Source of the DNA: Haplodiscus bocki
Lineage: Eukaryota
Direction: 5' to 3'
Length of the DNA: 64,000 nucleotides
Assembly (NCBI GenBank): GCA_965655095.1
Contig: OZ296648.1
Location: forward strand, 34,782,001 to 34,846,000
Shown here: one piece after another, positions 1 to 13,600 of the stretch
Position numbering within the stretch: position 1 is the first letter of the stretch
Layout: each line of letters opens with the position of its first letter
Position numbers and translations under genes: made by a program
Notes under the pieces: model-generated
Databases searched by the model: none
The model's input: only the letters and a program-made list of their open reading frames with translations
What the model was told of the DNA's origin: nothing

Positions 1-289
1 AAAGTTTTAAAAGCTGTTTAACTTTCACTGGGTCTTTGTTCGGTGATAAATAACGGCGCATTGTTTGCAAAAACCGATAGATCGGAAAAAAATTGACAGT
101 CTTGAATTTTCGTTAATTTCTTTTTTTCCCAAACTCACGCATGGCATGCATCCATCAAACAAGCATGAATCACGCTACTAAATGTAGCTCCCAAAGCTTT
201 TATAGGTTTTTGAATGATGTTAGTAGGTTAACCCAGCGATAATTTCAATCGATCAATGAAAAATACGATTTCTTTTCACAAAGAAAAAG

Positions 290-1600
290 AACAACAGGCC
301 CGCTCGTACGACAATAATGCTACCCATTACTTTTAATGTATTGGATTGCTAAACCTGAACGCTAATTGAGAGTTTACCACCATTCAATCAATTTTTGGCT
401 CCCTTGCTTTTATTGGCGAGCCATCGACGGTCAAAGTGTGCAAATTGCAAAATGAAAAACAAAATGTTTTTGACAGTCTCGTGAGCATTTTCACATTGAA
501 TTCGGTCAAATTCTGAGTCTTGTTATTTACTGTTGCGGTATAAAAACATTGTAAGTAGCTTCAACTGCCAAAAATAGTTTCACGATTCGCTTCCTGTGAC
601 CTTATTGGCTAGAAAAACCTTTCATTCCGTTTTTGTAGACTTTAGACTTATGGTTTTTCCCAACTGTGGTCTCAGTGTTGTTAATTTCAGCTGTCGGTTA
701 TAAAATCTAGAACAATTAAAGTTTAGAAAGAGAACAAATGGATCCTTTCCGGTAGTATCGACACGATTAGCTGTTCTAACGTAGGAGCCATTAGTAAACT
801 GCAAGCATTCCAAACGCCAGATTTCTAATTTCATCTAAGATCGCAATCTCGCCGTACCTTCACTTGGTTTTTCGTTTCCAAGAACCCTGAGCTAAACAAC
901 TTACTAACTATTTTTATTCGAGGGTACCGATGCTTAATCACACAACGATGCGTCAAAGTGATTCTTTTCAAATCCATGACATTCATCTGCGTTTCATCTC
1001 GTCAAACCTAAATGTCTCACCAGCTATTCTTCTGTTTCATCTAAAGTTTGGTAGAATCTACGACGCATTCACGCTAAAACATATTCAAACCCTTCGGCTG
1101 TTGTTGTTTTTTTGCGAGTTGGTACCAAAAAACGACCAGCTTTTTAAGTTTTATGAGGCAAAGGCAATATTTTTTACTCCTTTCCTCAGATCAACCTGAT
1201 AATGCATTTATTTTGGACAAATTGACAGGTTAGGTTTTGCTAGAGTGGTTTGTTGTGACTTTTCTGGTCACCGTTTGTCAAAAAATGGCAAAAATTGAAG
1301 TTTTGAATGAAACTTGAGAGAAAAACCGTTTCCCACTCTGATTGATAGTTTCATAGACCATTTCCTCCATGAGCGTTTCTAGGATCTGTATGCTTTTGTT
1401 TCGTTGTTTTGACAATGTCATAAAGTGTGTGGCCGAGTTTCTGTGCAACTGAATTTTTCCAGCTAGCGAGAGTTACTGGCGAAAACAAATGAAAGCTTTT
1501 GTTTTTGCAGACAGCGAGGTCTACTTTATCGCACTTTTCAACCTATATGCTGTGTATCGATTCCCAGTAATGAATCAGCAATGGAAGATGTTGCAGTGCT
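290..1600 (-). pseudogene. Polinton double-jelly-roll major capsid protein remnant
   Basis: Fragments stitched across frames, HFVF..TLTVDG..REPK..LNGGKLSISV/RFSNP..IIVV near 300-470, resemble the MCP C-terminus (compare PLRAELNLVCPLEHVTEPIVFGER in element II). Many stops and frameshifts. Confidence 0.42.
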
Positions 1601-1659
1601 TGAACCTAAGTGCTAGCTGTTTTTTGTTGACTATTTCTAAATGATGTGCAGCGGTGTTT

Positions 1660-1780
1660 AATTTTGAAAGAAGTTGCCACTCTGAACATAATTAACTCTG
1701 AATTTTGTTGCCAAAAAACGTGAGAAAAAGTTCCCTAGCCACTTACATACCTTTCTGAAGCCATCTCATGCAGTTGCATG
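1660..1780 (-). pseudogene. Small core (pVI/pVII-like) protein remnant
   Basis: QKG..LGNFFSRFLATKF resembles the Q-x-G-x-G-L-G-x-F-F motif of the small Polinton protein encoded just upstream of MCP. Confidence 0.35.
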
Positions 1781-1789
1781 AACAATAAA

Positions 1790-2680
1790 AATAAACTTGT
1801 CTTCTTGACTACCACTGGGAAACCTGAAGAAGCAATCGAAAGTTTTTTTGGGTACGCTTGGTCCTAGAATGTTGGCGTAGCCAAAATACTCTTTAGAAGC
1901 AGAACAGTTTTTTTGTCAATGGTTCTGCCGTTTTGGATGAAATGCTATAATGTTCATCACTGGGATAATTGTGCCTCTTGTGTAATTTTTTTGAAACCTT
2001 TTAACTTCTTCGCAGTAATAATGCGACTTCGGATTGAGCAACAAATGTTTCAGCCGAGTTTTTAAAGAATAATATCGGTAAAACATGGAATCCAGAGAAC
2101 ATTTTTTGTTTCCATTTTCGTCAGTCTGCACCTAAGTGTCAACTTTGGTATCCTGCTGTTTTGAGGTGACCGTTGTGAAACGGCGGTTGATTTTGGATAT
2201 CTTTAAAATTGACCAATTGTCCTTCTTTAACAGGATTTCGTTTGAAGATAGGACAACTATCTCAAGTCTCCGCTGTAATCAAGTAGTGTTCCTTTTATTG
2301 TTTTTCTCAAATTAAAATTTCCCGATTCGGCGGCATGATCTTTGGCATTGAACAGGCATGTTTTCAGCCTTGTTATGAATGGGTTGATTAACATCGCAAG
2401 CCTTGTGTTCAGCATCTTGGCCCGAATTTTTCTTGTTTTTCCTGTTCTTGGTTTTGCGAGAGTCCCCAAATCCCTCTGTTTTTCGCCACATTGAAGCATT
2501 GAATCTCAAAACTTCTTGATTGGATCGTTTTCGTTTACTCAAAATTTTTCACCGCAAGGTCACATTAGACCACAATTCAGTTTCCTGATGTCGGGAAATT
2601 CACCGTCGAAATTTTTGAGCGAAGACAACTTGAAATTAATAAAATTTTTCGTGGCTAATCATCAACTCAATAAAAGAAAA
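1790..2680 (-). pseudogene. Polinton minor capsid (penton) remnant
   Basis: N-terminal FIEL..S..LSS.KNF and C-terminal SMF..FVAQSEVALLLRR resemble the F-x-I-E-L-x-S-N and Y-T-D-I-I..V-G-D..P-L-L-R motifs. Confidence 0.42.
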
Positions 2681-2999
2681 TCAACCTATGCAAACGGCGC
2701 TAGCATCTGCTAGTGCAGTCGATGCAATCCCATTTTTCTGAACGCCGTGTTTTCTCGGCGGAAATTGGGTGAAAAGTTAGCGAAAAAATACAAAAACTCA
2801 ATTTTTCGGCACTCCTTATTATCGTACAAAAAACTTGGTGCCACATTACTTGCAACTAAATGTGCCAAGGTATTTATTCTTTGTAGGCTTAGGCAGAAAA
2901 GTTCTTGGTCGACAAAAAACATTAGTTCCCACCAAGAAAACAGCCGAAGAAAACTGAAAAGCGATAATCTTTCCGAAATCAAATGATAATTCAGCTCGG

Positions 3000-3620
3000 T
3001 TTTCAATATTTACGGTACACCAATGTTATGTATTCCAAGAAGCAACATAAAAACGTTCGAACGATGCTTTGCCCAAAACAGTCGACTACTGTTTGTGGAT
3101 TTTTTCGTTTTTTTTCTGGGAAAAAAAGCTCGAAAACTTCAATTTCTGTAGCATTTTCAACAGCTTTTTGAGCCTGGAGATACCTTGGTTGGCTCCGGTT
3201 TTTCGGTGCTTGTTGTATGAAAACAATGACTCCAATTTGTTTATCAGGTTTTTCTGGTAAACTAATTGATAGCGTTATGGTGGGTAATCTTGCACAAGGT
3301 GTTGAACACATCACCGTTTTTCTGTAATTCTAGGAACGTCAAGGCCTGCAAAATCCTACAATGACAAAAAACCATTCAATGGTCGAATCTGGGAGGACTT
3401 GTGAACAACATCAAATCTCAACGAACGTCCATATTTTTCCATAAATTGCACCGCAAAGGAAAAGATAATAGTCAAATTTTATCGCACTTTTTTTTCAAAG
3501 TTCGATGTAAATTGAACTGCTTTGTCAACGATTCAACTGTTCTAGCAAGAAGCAGTTTTGGGAATGGTAGCCAGTGCGCTTTTGAGCGAATGGCTTACAA
3601 TTTAGGACTGTAAAACTGAT
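3000..3620 (-). pseudogene. A32-like packaging ATPase remnant
   Basis: ITHHNAI and VIVFIQQAPKNRSQPRYLQAQ..TVVD resemble the S-H-H-x-N-I..I-V-L-F-K-N-P-R-D-x-S-Q..L-x-I-D region of Polinton ATPases. Walker A is degenerate near 3560-3600. Confidence 0.5.
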
Positions 3621-4128
3621 TTAGTTCGAATTGCAGTGAAAGTTTGAAAAATTGGATAATTAAGAGAAGAGGAATTTTTCTGGCTGGCAAAACGTTTTGC
3701 TTTAGTATTTGTTGTACCACTCTTCACAATGTTTTTTCCCAGAACTGATTTTTGCACAGTCATTTCCAGGAAGCTGTGAGTTCTGGCGGTGTTTTTTTCC
3801 CAACTCTGTTGTCAAACGTCTGCCGTGAGTCCTCTCCAACTGTTGTGAAGTTTCCATTAGTTGCCCTTCCCATTTGCGACTTCGCCTCTGCTTTTGGCGA
3901 GCCTTGGGAACACTTTGGGACTGTTTTTTGTTAATTGTTGAGCGCCAATTCCCGCCTGGTTCTCAGACGATTGAAAGAACAAAACGCGGATCTCGTTATT
4001 GGTTTTTGGAACTATAAACATAAAAGCTAACGAAGTTGCTGGAGCTTCAGGCTCACGGAGAGGCGCATAATTAATTGAGTTCTGCATTTTTAATGAAAGT
4101 TATCCCCAAAAAAAACAAAAGACGTTTT

Positions 4129-6342
4129 CCATAGCTGCTAGTTTCAGCCAAACTTACAGTTCCCTCAGGGTGAAACCGAATACTGGAGAAAACTCAAACA
4201 AGCAGTTTTCTTGAAAATTTACCTTCCAACTGTCATAAGGACTAGAATGGTATGGACATCATGTAGCTCAAGTTTGAACTGGAAACTTTTATATCAAAAC
4301 CGCCTCCATACAAAACTGCTAAATTGCATCAACGTTCAGGAAATGGTTCCGATTTTTAGCCATGACTACGATAGCAAATCTTTCTGCTGCGACTGAACCC
4401 ACATCTCTCCCCTCAAAAGCCACATCTTCATTGTATACCTCCCATCGATATTCATTGCGTCACTTGTAGATTTCCAAAAAGTTATTTAGTTTTTTTTCAT
4501 CAATTTTCATAGACCCGACAGCCTCTGTCTTCTTTCTCTGTCAGGTCAGACCACATACAATGTGGCAAAGGCAATGGTCAGCGTCGCCGAGGCTGCTCAT
4601 AGTGCAAAGTGTTGGACCATCTCCGCCTGTTTTGAACTCTCATGTTGTAGGGATTACCACAAAAGTACTCTTTGCAAAAAAGCGGGGACATTACAGTTGA
4701 GAAAGCCATAGTAACCTCAGTCACAGAAACATCAAAATTGTATGTGAAAAACAAATGCAGAAACACCAACAACAACTTGCGAGAAAGTCATGAACGACAA
4801 CCTTCAATTCGTCAATTAGGCTACTCTCATGTCGTTTATTGGTGAACGAAGTTTCACACACTGAACAAAAGCAAAACAGAACGGACATTTTGTCATTTTT
4901 GAACAAGTAGCTGAAAAACAGACCGCAAGTTGAATCCGCTTTTTACTTCACAAAAACCTAAGCTTCACCTGATCCTCGCTTGAACGAAGAGAGCTTAGGA
5001 CAGTTAAGAGACAACTGAATTACATTGTGAACGTTAGAATTGAATCCATCTTCAGGGAAGCCAAGTCATTGTAGCAACGAACTCATGAAAAGAGAGGATG
5101 TAATGGCTATGATGCTATCAATTGTTTCGAAAGGAAGTTGACCGCGACGAAAAGTTCTATAGGCTCTGGATGATACACGCAGACAGTAGTTTCGATTTTG
5201 CAAAAAAACCCAAACCCGTAACAGCGAACTACCATAGCTGCTAGTTTCAACCAAACTTACAGTTCCCTCAGGGTAAAACCGAATACTGGAGAAAACTCAA
5301 ACAAGCAGTTTTCTTGAAAATATACCTTCCAACTGTCATAAGGACTAGAATGGTATGGACATCATGTAGCTCAAGTTTGAACTGGAAACTTTTATTTCAA
5401 AACCGCCTCCATACAAAACTGCTCAATTGCATCAACGGTCAGGAAATGGTTCCGAATTTTAGCCATGACTACGATAGCAAATCTTTCTGCTGTGACTGAA
5501 CCCACATCTCTCCCCTCAAAAGCCACATCTTCATTGTAGACCTCCCATCAATATTCATTGCGTCACTTGTAGATTTCCAAAAAAGTAAAAGTTATTTAGT
5601 TTTTTTTCATCATTTTTCATAGACCCGACAGCCTCTGTCTTCTTTCTCTGTCAGGTCAGACCACATACAATGTGGCAAAGGCAATGGTCAGCGTCGCCGA
5701 GGCTGCTCATAGTGCAAAGTGCTGGACCATCTCCGCCTGTTTTGAACTCTCTTGTTGTAGGGATCACCAAAAAAGTACTCTTTGCAAAAAAAGCGGGGAC
5801 ATTACAGTTGAGAAAGCCGTAGTAACCTCAGTCACAGAAACATCAAAATTGTATGTGAAAAACAAATGCAGAAACACCAACAACAACTTGCGAGAAAGTC
5901 ATGAACGACAACCTTCAATTCGTCAATTAGGCTACTCTCATGTCGTTTATTGGTGAACGAAGTTTCACACACTGAACAAAAGCAAAACAGAACGGACATT
6001 TTGTCATTTTCGAACAAGTAGCTGAAAAACAGACCGCAAGTTGAATCCGCTTTTTACTTCACAAAAACCTAAGCTTCACCTGATCCTCGCTTGAACGAAG
6101 AGAGCTTAGGACAGTTAAGAGACAACTGAATTACATTGTGAACGTTAGAATTGAATCCATCTTCAGGGAAGCCAAGTCATTGTAGCAACGAACTCATGAA
6201 AAGAGAGGATGTAATGGCTATGATGCTATCAATTGTTTCGAAAGGAAGTTGACCGCGACGAAAAGTTCTATAGGCTCTGGATGATACACGCAAACAGTAG
6301 TTTCGATTTTGTAAAAAAAACCCAAACCCGTAACAGCGAACT
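4129..6342. repeat. Direct tandem duplication, 2 x ~1.1 kb (4129-5230 and 5232-6342)
   Basis: Both copies start CCATAGCTGCTAGTTTCA and end TAACAGCGAACT. They differ only by scattered substitutions and small indels, and give duplicated ORF-track entries (4211/5314, 4721/5832, 5066/6177). Confidence 0.97.
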
Positions 6343-6719
6343 CTATTTTTGTCACGCATAACGCTGCCTAACACTTGAAAACCATTTCACGATGTTTAAT
6401 AGAAGAAACGTTTCAACGATCGTAAAAACTTCCCTGGTGCCAAAAGAAAATCATAGATAATCCGGTGTGGATGCGAATGACGGGCGCCGATGGTTTTCAA
6501 CTTCTAGTCTTCCTTCGACAAATCTCTGCGTTGTTTCTGCAGGTATTCGTCAAAAAATAGGTGAAAATGCCTTCCCTGATGATAGTCTAAAGCCCTGTAA
6601 CACTTGTCGAATCATATTTATTGATGAAAATCTGGGAGCATGGTCGTTTGGTTTAGATGATCGCACACTCATCATTGGGACGAATGTTCCTGAATGTGTC
6701 AATTTTCAAAAGGTTTTTG

Positions 6720-7080
6720 TCCAAAAAAGCAGCTTAATTTGGGTCAGAAAAGCGGCAATGGACAAGCCACACAAAATATCTGCAGTTATTTTCTGATCGA
6801 ACCGAAAACGAGGCAGTTTCTCTGATCCATGCAAGAAACGCTTTCGACAACTTGAACAGAAACTTAGTTTTGCAGAATATTGAGAAAAATTGTCTTGCGA
6901 CAAACAAAACCCCACCGAACTTACGCGGGGGACTGACAAATCATACAAAAACCGTTAAACCATTTTGTCCCAAGAAAGAACAACTCTCTAGTTCACGAGA
7001 ACGAGAATCAATCTGGCAATCTAACTGGCCTGAAGACCTAAAGATAAACTCTTATCAAGTTGGAAGTTCGTCACGGTCTC
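6720..7080 (-). pseudogene. Adenain-type cysteine protease remnant
   Basis: LVN..ES..LGTKW..FLYD..Q.IT..LCGLSIAAFL resembles the N..G-x-H-W..F-D-S..Q..C-G-x-Y-C pattern. Confidence 0.4.
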
Positions 7081-7449
7081 GGGTTGAGGTGTGTCTGAGA
7101 AGCAAAGGTAGACCCTCGAAATGTCTCAATGTACAAGCTTTCACTGTTAACGTTTTCCTGCACAGTGGAAATTGCGGCAACACTTACGAGTAACATGACA
7201 AAACAAAAGAAGAATTTGAAATTAAAGTACGTTTGCTGGGCAGTGGAACTACAGCTATAACTCCAGGCAGTTCAGATAGAAGACTTCGGTCACAAAACTA
7301 CATAGTATGATAATAAAGCTCACCTCAATATGAAAGCAGGCGATCTCTGGGAAACAAAACTTTGTAGAACTTACTTCGACGTAAAAATCCTCAATCCACT
7401 CAAAAATATTTGTCCCAAAAACATGAAAAAGGCTCGTCATATTAATTAA

Positions 7450-8400
7450 ACACTAAAAAAGGCTGAAACTTGAACAAAGAGAGCCAGGTCGGGTAAACAG
7501 CATCTTTGAACAGCTAGCGTTTTTATGTACAAGAGGCGCAGCCCTTTTTGCTTCCAAGGTTATCCGTAGGCTTATACTTCAGATCACCGAAAGTTGCCAA
7601 GATAAACACTCCAATACGACATAATACACACAGACGACAACCAGTTCCACCCTCTTACGCAGTTCCATACCTTGTGTGAAAGGGTGCCTCTCGACTTGAC
7701 GACACAATCTTGAAAAAGTTTCTTCTTCCGCTGTTTTTGAAGAGCGAAGGCTGTCGTGAGTTATCTGGATGAGCCTTCGAGAGTGATTTTTGAAACTGTT
7801 TGTATTTTTCGATGTAGTTAGATATGCTAAACAACGCCTTATCAAAAAAAAACTACATCCAATTTGTGATGTTTCAGATGATTTTTGTATAATATAAAGG
7901 ACTCTTTTGGCAAAGTAAGGAGGTTCTGGTGCCTGTGACATAGTTGCGCCTCTTTTCTTGATTGCGCACATTTTGTCACAGGCTCCTTAATGTTTTTCCT
8001 CACAAACACTGGCTTCAGTACTCAACGTCTTTTCAAATTGAAAGCCCTCGATGTTTTCCTGACAAATAATTTGAAAATGAAATTGTCTAGTCAGACCTTG
8101 TACTATACAAGAAACCGGCAGTTTGATAAGAATGAGTTTTGAGCATCGAGAAAAACCTTAAAAGTTGCAGTTTGCCACCTGCTGTACAGGAAATTTCAGT
8201 TGCAAGTAAATTTTTTTGCAATAGCTGATAATTTTGGAGAACTGTAAGTTCCGATTTCGAGAAAATCCAGAAAATGTCCGGCTTTCGCAATGTCGATATA
8301 TCCGCTTTTAAACACAAGTAAACACACTCTTTTGAGAAAAAAGGACTCTGAATGCGAAGGACAATTGAACGTTTATTCAGTTCTGACGGATCCGCAGTAT
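7450..8400 (-). pseudogene. Polinton retroviral-like integrase remnant
   Basis: DFLE..YS..KKF..RWQT, KTSRAF..KPVFV, TMS..YFAKR and KYKPTD are colinear with the better preserved integrase of element II. Confidence 0.42.
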
Positions 8401-10349
8401 CAATTTCCCATTGAAGTGAACCAAAGCCAACAAATGAGTTTGGTTTTGCTTCCTCCAGCAGAAATTTCCCTTTTGAGATTTGGTACCAGAAAATCCGACT
8501 GGTAGTTTCAGAGGGAAATTAATTTAAAGAAAAACAGAAAACAAATTTTTTATGAATTTTTGTGGCAACTGTGGCCAGCCAGATTTTCTCTGAAGACATC
8601 GAAACCAAAAAACACGAAAAGCAATATTTACCAAGTCATGCAAGAACTGACTGACTTTGATGGAAAAAATGAAGCTTGGTGTTTTGGATCAGCATTGCCT
8701 TGATCCTTGATTAATGACCATAGCCAAACATCTGTGCTTCTTTGCCATTTGCGGTTTATAAGGTTTGATGAAGTTCGGGAAGAACCATTAATATTGTCAA
8801 AAGTTCAAATTTCTGATACTAAAAACTTGAATCTTGTTACTTTTATGGAATGAGCTGGCAGAGAAAAAAATGCATCCACTGAGAGGTGAGGTTGATAGAC
8901 AAAATTCAGCTAGTACTTTGCTGAGACTGGGCTAGATTTTTGAGTTTAAAATTGTTCTTCTCGGACTAATTTGACTGGTTTGAACCTGTTTCAGCCCGAA
9001 AAAAAGTCCTTTATACAGATGATGGAAAGGGTTTTTAAATGCAAACAATCCAAAACTAGTAAACTCCACATCGTTTTTTGAATACTGTGAATTATTGGCT
9101 GTTAATATTGTGTTTGTTATTTGGAATGTTTCAGACGGGTTGAGCTTTTACATTTCTGTACAGCAAGGAAGTTTTCGATGAAAAACGTACACTATTTTGT
9201 CAGAAAAAGCTCAAGAATTTTCAAAAATGATTCATTTTTCGTGAAGAAAGTATCCAACAGTTATCACGTTTTCTTGAAGTTAATCTGGCTTGTAAAGTTT
9301 CGGCGGTAATAATATTAATCTTTGAAGAAAAAGTAACGATTCTTGAAATCGCAAAAAGAAACCATAACAACCAATTAATCACTGGGATTCTAACCCGTGC
9401 CTTGTATTCCGGAATTTATTTGTCTTACCCACGGTACTGCAGAAGTTTTTGAAGAACTCCAACAAAAAAATTCAATGCCCATGTTCGAAACCGACCCTCT
9501 CATCTACCTAACCACGGTGGCAGCGTACATTTGTATTTTACAAGACTCCTCTGTGCGAGCAATCCATGAGCTGACAGAAGGACGTAATAATTAGAAAAAC
9601 AAAGCAGACTACAAGTTTGAGGTTTTTTCTTTCATTAAACATTACGATAGAAAACACGACAGAAATTGGATCGCTATACAAAAACAGTGACTATCTGTAT
9701 ACAACAAAAATTAATTTGAACAATCGAGTCGACAATAATACTGAGACCATTTAATTTTTGACAGCGCTATGCTGCGAAATCTTTTTTGCGTTATATTGAA
9801 AATAAATATCTGTGTCAATGAACCTCTGGCGTGGCTCCAATATTGGAATGAATGGATAGATCATTGATTTTTTCCACACCTTTTGGTCACTGCAAAACAA
9901 CATCTGTCTCTCATCGATAGATTTTCAACAACTGTTGAAAAACAGCGAGCCTAAAAAACAGTCTAAACAGTCTTCTAAATGAACTAAATCAAAATCAAAG
10001 AGGAAGTGAGGCAGTCTCACAGTTTGAAAACTAAAATTGAGAAACATTATCAGATCTGTAAGATTTCAATAACTTAGAAACTACGGGACAGTGAATTGAA
10101 ATAAGTAGCAACCATTACGAAATAAACCATTATGAACCTAGGTAGTACGGTTGAAAATATCAATGAAACCAACATTTTTTTGCCGATTTATAATTATTCC
10201 CAAAATGAGCAAAACGAACAAGCAAAAATTTTATGCCTGCTTCGATTAAACTCATCTGAACGAAATACCGGTGGATTAGGCCTTGAATAAACGAAACTGA
10301 TCGCTAGTTCTAGAAAAAAGCCAATCGATTTTAAAAAATGAATTCCATT

Positions 10350-13300
10350 GCCAACACAAGCAATTATAGCATTGTTTACACCATCATCATCATAACTTGG
10401 AAAAGAATATCCAAAAAAGTTCGACTAAAACTAATCTGCTGAAAACGATTTGTCGATACGTAAGTGAAGCTTCGCTTCGCAAGCACTTGCGAAACATTTG
10501 TCGCAGCTAGAGAATCCAAATGAACAGAGAAACTCACTCGGTCCAACGCATTTCCAGCTGCAGTTGCTGCAACCTTCAACTAAATGCCTGGACACAAATG
10601 TGCTCAAATTAAAAGGTAGAATCGTTTGAATAGCTGCCAGCTGGCGCCATGCCGATATTAGTATTTAAAAAAACTTTTAGGACAACAAAAGTAATAGCTT
10701 TGCTTCACAATTGAACATTACGCAGGAAAAATGAGTGGCGAAGGTTATCTGATTAGGCTGAAGACGATGCAATCCTTTGATTAGTAACCGGCAAGAACTA
10801 ATTTTAACAATGCAGCTTTAAAAACAATCCTTTCTCCAGTTTCAAGTTTGCCTTTTTGGCAAGAAAAGTAAAACAAGTGCATCAATTCCATAGACCATCC
10901 AGAAGATCAAAAGTTGAATGATGATGGACCACTAGTCTCTTTGAAAAACTGTTTTATTGAACAACTCGAGAAAATGATCTGCATTTTCCCAAACACCATG
11001 GAAAATTTTCGCGACAAAGCGAAAAAACAGACCACCTAAGCTAGGACTCCATTGACACACTTGGCAGATATAGTGAAATCATGACCGGATGAAGTCAATT
11101 GGACAACAGATTACTCTCAAAAACTGTTACAAGGGACAGCACTACAAAACAACTTCGTTTTCTTGAATGACACGTAACATTTCTTGCAGTCAAAAAACCA
11201 TAGCAATACCACTGACTGTCTCTGTTGTTGGTCTTTAGCTGACTGCTACAAAGATACAAACCGATCAATAGTCACCAAGTGAAACTGTTTTGATAAACAA
11301 TACCAATGGAAAGGTCTGGACTCGTCAAGTACAAGTTAATAGTTTTAGCGAAAAAATTCAGCAACACCAATGACAACTTTTTTGGAGTATATCTTAAATT
11401 CAAGCATTATAAATTTAATCAAACTGAGTTTTACCTCACCAGCGCGCGGCAGCACCAGCTATATTAAAAAAACTCGGGGAATTAATAGAGCTTATTCTGT
11501 AGCAATACTGCCGGAAAATGTCTGGAAACTGAGTTTTTGTTCGATCAGGTGAGTAGTATCGACTTTTCCCAAACAAAGGACCAATGCTTTTTTGCAAGTG
11601 TATCGCAGGACCGAGACTGTGCTTTGCAGCTTTTGAGAGACTATCGATCCGATTCAATGCTGACAATTTTATGAAAGTTCTGGTGTGCAATTGTTACATC
11701 AAGGCTATTTAGTCCTCCTAATTACATTTCGTAGGCAAACAAAGGAAAAACGAAAAATTTCTAAGTGGTCTTTGACTGCCAAAAATGTACGAAAACCCTC
11801 ATCAGAACGAAAATGCCCTGAGAAAACAGTTGAAGTCAAAAACTTTGTTGAGCTTTTCTTTCCAAGTTACGTCGTATCTGACTAACATGTGGACAAATAC
11901 AATCGGTGGGAGTTTGAAGGTGTTTTATTCAACAAAACAAAACAATGAGCGAGCACCATATTAAAGCAATTCGGTTGTTTCTTGTCAGAAGAACATACTT
12001 TCGTGAAACGCAAATATAAACTTCGTTGTTTTAGTAAACAAAAAAATCCTCAGAGTTTTCGAAAGATAATGCTTGATTGTTTTTATCTTCAAACTACGCC
12101 TTGACAAATGCTATCCGATTAATTTTGTGCCTAATGTTCATCTTTAACCGACGATTAAAGTAAGAACAACTTCGCTATATCAATTAAAAGTTAGAATCAA
12201 TGGCAATGATGTAGAATATGTTCTTTTTCAGTTGGTTCGCAAAAACTTCAGGTAACCAGTAGTCCAGGTTTGCTGAATGAAAGTAATCAGACCTTTGGAT
12301 ACCTTGAGAACAAAATGCAACAAACTGCGCAAAAGAGAGTCTCTTTGTTTTCTTCAAAAAAATGGAAGTTGTTTGGATTAAACAAGCGAATGACACAATC
12401 CGAGCTATATCGCAGATGCACAGGAAGCAACTATTCGAAAAACAATAAATGAAACCCATCTGATCAATATTTTTCATAGATATCACTTTGAAGGAACGCT
12501 ACAAACTAAAAACTTGTTAAGTTTTAAAGTAAAAGTCAAAATTTTCGAAATAAAGTCACTGTATAGCCCATCTCTGCAGTTTTTGTGTTTTCTGGAAACG
12601 AAAACATCGAATACGCACTAGATGGACCGAATCAGTTCAACAGTTTATGAAAAAGACACTTTTAACGGACAACCCAAGGAAAAATTTGTTGAATTTCCAG
12701 TAAGAACTATACACGTATCCTAAACCAAGACAGGAAACAATTGAACCAAAAACCCTCAAGTGCTTCTTGGATTCAAGGATTTGAAAGACTTTTTTGCGGA
12801 AGAAAAAGTATCACAGAAGACATTAACAGAACTTTCCGTATTCCACAGAATGACTTGAGAGATCTCCGTTGGTTTCCAAACTTCTTAGTCTTCATTCCGT
12901 GGAATTTGCATGAAAACGAGACACGTGATCAAACTCTTACACAAGAGCACGTGAGAAAAATCCAAATTGAATTGTGAAAGAATATTTTGCGAGTGAGGAC
13001 GCAGTTTGGAATTGACAACCGTCCGTAATTGATTTCGGCAGGATAGTTTACCTTGATCACTTGTGTAAATAGATTCTAGATGAAATGAAGTTTTTGAACC
13101 TTTAAGAAGAATAACCATAAGCTAATTGACCAAAATCTGTTTCCTCCACATTTGCAGCCTTGTTTGGACAATCACTCGAAGAATAGTTTGCAAAGTGTCA
13201 GAGAAGCACTTCTTTCAATGAGGCTACATATAAGCATTTCTGATTGGGCCTGAAACAGAAGAAAGGCGTTGGTAGCTCAAAAGAAAACTAATTTTGAAAA

Positions 13301-13600
13301 TGGACACAACTCGGCATCATACGCCTTTGTAACCATGTTTGAACCATATGTTCAGCAGATTGCAATCAAGTCGCTAAAAATTTTTGCACTTGAGGGAACA
13401 CACATAGTCGAGGTTTGCTGTTCAGCCTTAGATAGAAGCAATTGCGTGGGTCCTTCAAAAACAAACCAATACATAAAGTTATTCTTTGAGGGAACTTTTG
13501 TGATTTTTAAACCATCATACACAAACAATAAAAACGGCATGGGGGAAATCACCTCCAATCAAGTGATTCTGTGTCTTAGTATTCTTTGGGGAAAACTTTG
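10350..13600 (-). pseudogene. Protein-primed family B DNA polymerase remnant
   Basis: Colinear degenerate motifs KVVIGV..QTFPLVLF (Pol II region), QLL..VYG (KxxxNSxYG), AKLLLL..SNDSTF (DTDS) and PGI.LK (PGLFK). Confidence 0.42.
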
